NCBI GenBank assembly: GCA_965662845.1 | Contig: CBFIJD010000052.1 | Coordinates: 1-12,123, forward strand | Direction: 5' to 3' | DNA length: 12,123 bases | Origin: an uncultured bacterium | Lineage (GTDB): Bacteria; SAR324; NAC60-12 | Shown: positions 8,234-12,123 of the stretch, in pieces | How positions within the stretch are numbered: the first letter of the stretch is position 1 | How the letters are laid out: each line of letters begins with the position of its first letter | The notes under the pieces: generated by a model | The model's database searches: none | The model's input: the letters and a program-made list of their open reading frames with translations, nothing else | What the model was told of the DNA's origin: nothing | Position numbers and translations under genes: made by a program

Positions 8234-8556
8234 GTGAAACCTGTTGAGTAGTAGGTGTGCGGGAACTCGGCATGAAACGGAGCCAACATGACTCATCTCT
8301 GGGCGCTGTGCTACGCCAGATTTGCCTTAACGTCATCATAGGAGATCGAAACAAGGAAAATCTCACGCATTTCGGTCAAAAAGTTTCGGAATCTTCCCAC
8401 TTATACGCAGCGCAGCCTATCTTTAAGCATTAATCGCAACTAAAAGCGCAGTTAGGACTTTTAGGGGGAATAGGTTGCGACGATTCTTAAAATTATTTTT
8501 CAAATTTTTGTGAGAGATCCATTTTCCCAGAACCAAAGCTCTGGGGAGCGAGAGGA

Positions 8557-9537
8557 TTAGCCGACAGAGCTGTAGCTCTGGATCAGGGATTTGGCCTGGC
8601 GGGACTGCGTGGACAGCTGATGCCGGACTTGGGATTGATACTGCTTGGGCGTCATATTTTTGTGCTGTTTGAACAGCGTAATGAAATAGCTCATGGAGCT
8701 GAATCCCATCTCGTAGCTCACGTCGGTGACCGACTTGTTGGGTTCTTTCAACAGCTGGCAGGCTTTCTCGACGCGTTGCTGATTGATGAATTGAATGGGC
8801 GTGATGCCAAACTCGCGCTTGAAATAGCGGAAGAGCTTCGTCTTGCTCATGTGCGCTTGGCGGCAGAGGTCCTCCACAGAGATGGACTGATCCACATTTT
8901 TGCGCACATAGTCGGCCACGCGAGACAAGCTGTGGTCGTCAGGGGTCGGCTGCGTGAACGGCTTGTGCAGCAGGCGATCAATCGCCTTGGATTGCGAGAT
9001 GCGGATCATCAACTCGCAGATTTTGCCATCAATCAGCAGGTCGCGATAAGGCGTCTGTTCTGTGAAAACATCCACCAAATCGTCCAACAAGCGAATGATG
9101 CGGGGCGTATTTTCAAAGTGGTAGCAAGACAGCTCTTCGGTGTTCCACTCTCCTGAATCTGGCGAACGCGGCGCCGTCTCGTTCAACCGCGCGGAGATCT
9201 CTCGCAACTTTTCTTGTGAGATTTCAATCGTCAGGCACTTGGTCGGCTTCTCTTGAGTGGCTTCGGGGAAGTCGATGAAGATGTCAATGTTGGCAGGTAG
9301 GACGAGAGATTCGTTGGGGACAAATTCAAAGGGGTCGATCTCCGGTGCATGAATGATCTTCTTGCCCGAGACCATGCCACAGATCGTTGGATGTTCTGCC
9401 CGGAGTAGCACGGACTCCGCTTTAGAAAACGTATCATAAATGCAAAACTGAGTGTCTTCCCCTCCAAAGACCGTGCGGTTTTCCACCAACCGCGTCACCT
9501 TTTGATAACCTGAAAGATGGAACCAGCGTGGATGCAT
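8557..9537 (-). CDS. AraC/XylS-family transcriptional regulator (probable activator of aldB and downstream genes)
   Basis: C-terminal double HTH (ISVEDLCRQAHMSKTKLFRYFKREFGITPIQF...SVTDVSYEMGFSSMSYFITLFKQHKNMTPKQY). N-terminal 'LVENRT...IYDT...GMVSGKKIIH...IDFPEAT...PTKCL' domain recalled from AraC regulators adjacent to aldB. ATG at 9537 is preceded by GGGAGGAG and is preferred over TTG at 9549. Confidence 0.92.
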   Translation of the reverse strand: MHPRWFHLSGYQKVTRLVENRTVFGGEDTQFCIYDTFSKAESVLLRAEHPTICGMVSGKKIIHAPEIDPFEFVPNESLVLPANIDIFIDFPEATQEKPTKCLTIEISQEKLREISARLNETAPRSPDSGEWNTEELSCYHFENTPRIIRLLDDLVDVFTEQTPYRDLLIDGKICELMIRISQSKAIDRLLHKPFTQPTPDDHSLSRVADYVRKNVDQSISVEDLCRQAHMSKTKLFRYFKREFGITPIQFINQQRVEKACQLLKEPNKSVTDVSYEMGFSSMSYFITLFKQHKNMTPKQYQSQVRHQLSTQSRQAKSLIQSYSSVG

Positions 9538-9706
9538 TTCTCCTCCCAAAAGTTAATGCATAAGCCCACAAATATTGGGTCATCCAAATATATGTAGAAA
9601 TTAGTTTTGACCGACGGAAATCAACGAATTGATTCCAAAAATCCACAGTGAAGTCAACGAAATAAACTCACATTAGTGTAACAGAACGCTAATACTCCCT
9701 GAACAT

Positions 9707-9724
9707 GAGCGTGCGCGCACGCTC
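9707..9724. repeat. Perfect 18-bp GC-rich palindrome downstream of the SDR gene (possible terminator hairpin)
   Basis: GAGCGTGCGCGCACGCTC is its own reverse complement and lies 40 nt past the SDR stop codon. It is followed only by AUGUUC on the minus strand, a weak U-tract. Confidence 0.55.
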
Positions 9725-9764
9725 GTTGTCTCCGTCATCTCCCCCCCAAATTTGCCTCGCTTCT

Positions 9765-10520
9765 TTAGCCTTCAAACTTCGTCCACTCGTGAACCCATTC
9801 GGGGTCGCGAATATCCCACTCCGACCCAACAAACAACTCCGGCGGAACCTTCTCCAGCAGCCAATGTAAAAACTGCCCCACGCGCTGAGGCGACTCTAAG
9901 TCTCCGTTGGCCGCAAAAGCACGGAACTGCTCGACCAGCGGAAACGCCTCTTCTGGCAAATCACGAATCTCTTGCTGCATCGGCGTGTCTACAATGCCAG
10001 GGCGCACACTCCCTACCAGAATGCCTTGGCCCGCCAACTCATCGCGCAAGTTCAGATACAGGCTATGCAGCGCGGCCTTGGAGACACAATAATTTCCCCA
10101 CCCCAGCACCGCGCGGTGCGCTGCTCCGGAAGAGATGTGCAACACCCGACTCCCTGCGCGCAAGACAGGCAGCAGCTTTTGCGTCAAGAACCACGGCCCC
10201 TCCAAGTTGATGGCCATGTGCTCGCGCCACTCCTCCGGCGTCATTTCTAACAGCGGCTTGACCGGCCCCAGCACCGCAGCGTTGTGAACCAGCACATCAA
10301 GCGGCGCTTCAATCACGTCCGCGATCGCAGCTCTCCCAGCCTCTGTGCCCACGTCTGCGACAATGGGGGTGACCTGCTTGGGAAATTCGCGGCGCACCAG
10401 CTCCAGCGGAGTCTCGCGGCGACCGACGACATAGACCTTCCTCTTCTGCTGGGCGAGGCGCAGAGCCAGAGCTTTGCCAATGCCTGTGCCTCCCCCTGTG
10501 ATGACGATGGGTTCACTCAT
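9765..10520 (-). CDS. Short-chain dehydrogenase/reductase (classical SDR; benzil reductase YueD / sepiapterin reductase-like)
   Basis: TGGGTGIG Rossmann motif, basic GRR after beta-2 (suggests NADP(H)), HNAA, catalytic Ser (ISSGAA) and YCVSK (YxxxK), and PGIVDTPMQQEIR typical of the YueD/SPR-like subgroup. Confidence 0.93.
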   Translation of the reverse strand: MSEPIVITGGGTGIGKALALRLAQQKRKVYVVGRRETPLELVRREFPKQVTPIVADVGTEAGRAAIADVIEAPLDVLVHNAAVLGPVKPLLEMTPEEWREHMAINLEGPWFLTQKLLPVLRAGSRVLHISSGAAHRAVLGWGNYCVSKAALHSLYLNLRDELAGQGILVGSVRPGIVDTPMQQEIRDLPEEAFPLVEQFRAFAANGDLESPQRVGQFLHWLLEKVPPELFVGSEWDIRDPEWVHEWTKFEG

Positions 10521-10621
10521 AAAAAATCTCGAAAAAAGCGTGAAGTGGATGAGACCGATGGCCTCCGATCAAAAAATCTAAGGCCCCGTTGTACAGATTT
10601 TTATTTCACTTCAAAGATTTT

Positions 10622-10668
10622 CTAGCTTGTCGCGCGCGTAGAACGCTGAGAACCGTGCGGCAAGCTAG
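10622..10668 (+). other. 15-bp stem-loop with two G-U pairs on the + strand, followed by a T-rich run
   Basis: CTAGCTTGTCGCGCG (10622-10636) pairs with CGTGCGGCAAGCTAG (10654-10668): 13 Watson-Crick plus 2 G-U pairs. TTTTTGTTTTG begins 6 nt later. Confidence 0.5.
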
Positions 10669-10680
10669 CTCAGATTTTTG

Positions 10681-10969
10681 TTTTGCAAAACATAATTTTT
10701 TATTCATAAAATACCGCGCTTGGCTTTTCAACTAAACAGACAGGGTAGACTCTTCCATGACCGCAGCTCCCTGCTCGCGTTGAACTCACTTCATGCTTGA
10801 AGATCTTAAGCGAAGCTCCCCCGTAGCTCCCTGCTCGCGTTGAACTCATCGGTGCGACGAGCGCCTCACCCGCGCGATAGACGAGACACACTGCCACACC
10901 AAGAGCCACTTCTGGGCCAAAGGCAGGTCAAACTCGCCCCCTGTAGAACGCCTTTTACAAAACATAATT
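10681..10969. repeat. Pair of 17-bp direct repeats TTTT(G/A)CAAAACATAATT
   Basis: Copies at 10681-10697 and 10953-10969 with 1 mismatch. Each is preceded by GTAGAACGC (10638-10646 and 10943-10951). Confidence 0.65.
10761..10848. repeat. Two-copy 28-bp direct repeat with a 32-nt spacer
   Basis: CCG(C/T)AGCTCCCTGCTCGCGTTGAACTCA at 10761-10788 and 10821-10848. The 24-bp core is perfect and the period is 60 nt. No third copy at 10701 or 10881. Confidence 0.85.
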
Positions 10970-11582
10970 ATACGTTTGAAAAATCACTGCGAGCGCCTTG
11001 CAGAGGACGGTCTCGCTCTCTGGGTCAGCCCCCGTTTCGCGGGAGAAGCGCCCCCTACGCCTCCACGACCGGACTGGACTCCGCCTCAGAGCGGAGAGGG
11101 TCTCCATTTGAAGCACTCTCTTAGGCAATCATGAGCAGACACCCCCATTCTCGAACAACAATTGCACATCTTCTCATTTGCCCTGCATTGGGAAGCGCAG
11201 CTAGGCCATATTCCCTGATCTCTCCTGTGTGGGGAATTCTCTGGCTCGGCCACCGATGTTGAGTTCTCATGATCACTCTTGCGAAGAGATTGAGTTTTTG
11301 CAGAAAAAAGAGGATGAACATTTCCCTGCTGCAAAAACGGCGACGTCTTCGTTCCCCCTGCAAGAGCAACTCCCCTGCTAACAAGAATGTCCCAACGCTC
11401 CAGAGCATCCACTTTTGAGAACAGCCCCCTGCGGCAAGCTGCCCACTTTGCAGCACAAAGCAGACTCACGGTACAACGCGCAGACTCTTGGTTTGTCGCC
11501 ACCCTTGATGCCTTTTTCCAAACCCGTCAGCACCCGCCGAACATCCAGTCCTCGGCGGGTCGCGCACAAACACACACAAGCT

Positions 11583-12123
11583 ATGGATTTAGAGAGACTT
11601 GAACAGCTCCGCCAACAGATCGACGAGACTCTGCAATGGATCAAGCTGGAGAACAGCCACAACATCAACCTGAAGACGCTGGTCGCCAACCTTCAGGTCT
11701 ACCACACGGAGCTAGAAGCCCAGAATACGGAGCTGCAACACGCCGATGAAGCCCTCCGAGCGCAAATAAGCGAGAACCAAATGCTCTTTGATAAGTCGCC
11801 CGTGGGTTATGTGCGCTTGAGCGGCGAAAAATTTCTCGTCAAACGCTTCAACTCCAGAGCCGCGCAGTGCGTCTCGAACGCCCAAATCCTCTTGGGGAAG
11901 ACCTCGTTTTATCGCATCTACAGCATCCGCAAAGGCAAAAATCAGCTCTACAGCTGGTTGCGCGGCGACGAGACGCAGCCCCTAGAGATCGAAGTCGGAC
12001 TCGAAGAGAGCCGCTGGCTACAGCTCGAAAAGCAGCCCTTGGAAGACGGCGACCTGCTGGTGAGCATCTCTGACATCACGGAGCTGGTCTGCGCCCGCCA
12101 CCAACAAACGCAACAACTGCAAG
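11583..12123 (+). CDS. PAS-domain sensor protein (probably histidine kinase or other signalling protein), N-terminal part; truncated by window edge
   Basis: Not in the ORF track because it has no stop in the window. Open from ATG 11583 to the end: MDLERLEQLRQQIDETL...LVANLQVYHTELEAQNTELQHADEAL...MLFDKSPVGYVRL...FNSRAA...LLVSISDITELV. This matches the common 'L.hELQvhqiELE.QNeEL...LfD.aPvGY' coiled-coil plus PAS N-terminus, and the PAS-terminal DIT motif. No clear RBS; an in-frame ATG also exists at 11508. Confidence 0.85.
   Translation, partial: MDLERLEQLRQQIDETLQWIKLENSHNINLKTLVANLQVYHTELEAQNTELQHADEALRAQISENQMLFDKSPVGYVRLSGEKFLVKRFNSRAAQCVSNAQILLGKTSFYRIYSIRKGKNQLYSWLRGDETQPLEIEVGLEESRWLQLEKQPLEDGDLLVSISDITELVCARHQQTQQLQ

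Noticed and set aside
8303..8318. Possible sigma-54 promoter (TGGCGT...GC) upstream of aldB on the minus strand
   Set aside because: GG-to-GC spacing is one base off, the TTGC element is absent, and there is no enhancer-binding protein in the window.
10761..10848. Formal CRISPR array annotation
   Set aside because: Only two repeats, no cas genes and no recognised repeat consensus. Kept only as a repeat and a low-confidence finding.
11024..11106. GC-rich hairpins (e.g. CTCCGC/GCGGAG) ending near CCA as a possible tRNA or known ncRNA
   Set aside because: No cloverleaf and no T-loop GTTC consensus; no RNA family recognised.
10700..11689. Track ORFs in the right intergenic region (10700-10909, 10840-11124, 11086-11502, 11121-11456, 11378-11689, 11387-11602) and a 41-aa + strand ORF at 11256-11381
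   Set aside because: They overlap each other, lack clear RBSs and have no recognisable motifs. A small protein cannot be fully excluded.
11867..12073. 68-aa + strand ORF from the track
   Set aside because: It is an out-of-frame overlap within the PAS sensor CDS that starts at 11583.

Overview
Bacterial window (GC-rich coding regions, AT-richer intergenic regions) dominated by a minus-strand alcohol/aldehyde oxidation cluster. In transcription order it reads: SDR oxidoreductase, AraC-family regulator, NAD-dependent aldehyde dehydrogenase (AldB/ExaC type), DUF779 protein, type I PQQ-dependent alcohol dehydrogenase with the lanthanide-type D-x-D motif (WDFDGVNE; PedH/ExaF-like), cytochrome c550 (PedF/ExaB), a quinoprotein-associated periplasmic binding-fold protein (PedG-like), and a NitT/TauT-type ABC importer whose binding protein resembles the PQQ-binding protein PqqT. 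The ATPase gene of that importer runs off the left edge and is missing from the ORF track. A roughly 1.06 kb intergenic region (10521-11582) with several repeats and hairpins separates this from a divergent, right-truncated PAS-domain sensor gene (11583 onward), also missing from the ORF track. The most interesting reading is a rare-earth-dependent alcohol oxidation unit with a linked putative PQQ-salvage transporter, attached to an AraC-aldB-DUF779 module. No Ca-type paralog or pqq biosynthesis genes are visible in the window. All family assignments come from motif recognition and recall, not database searches.
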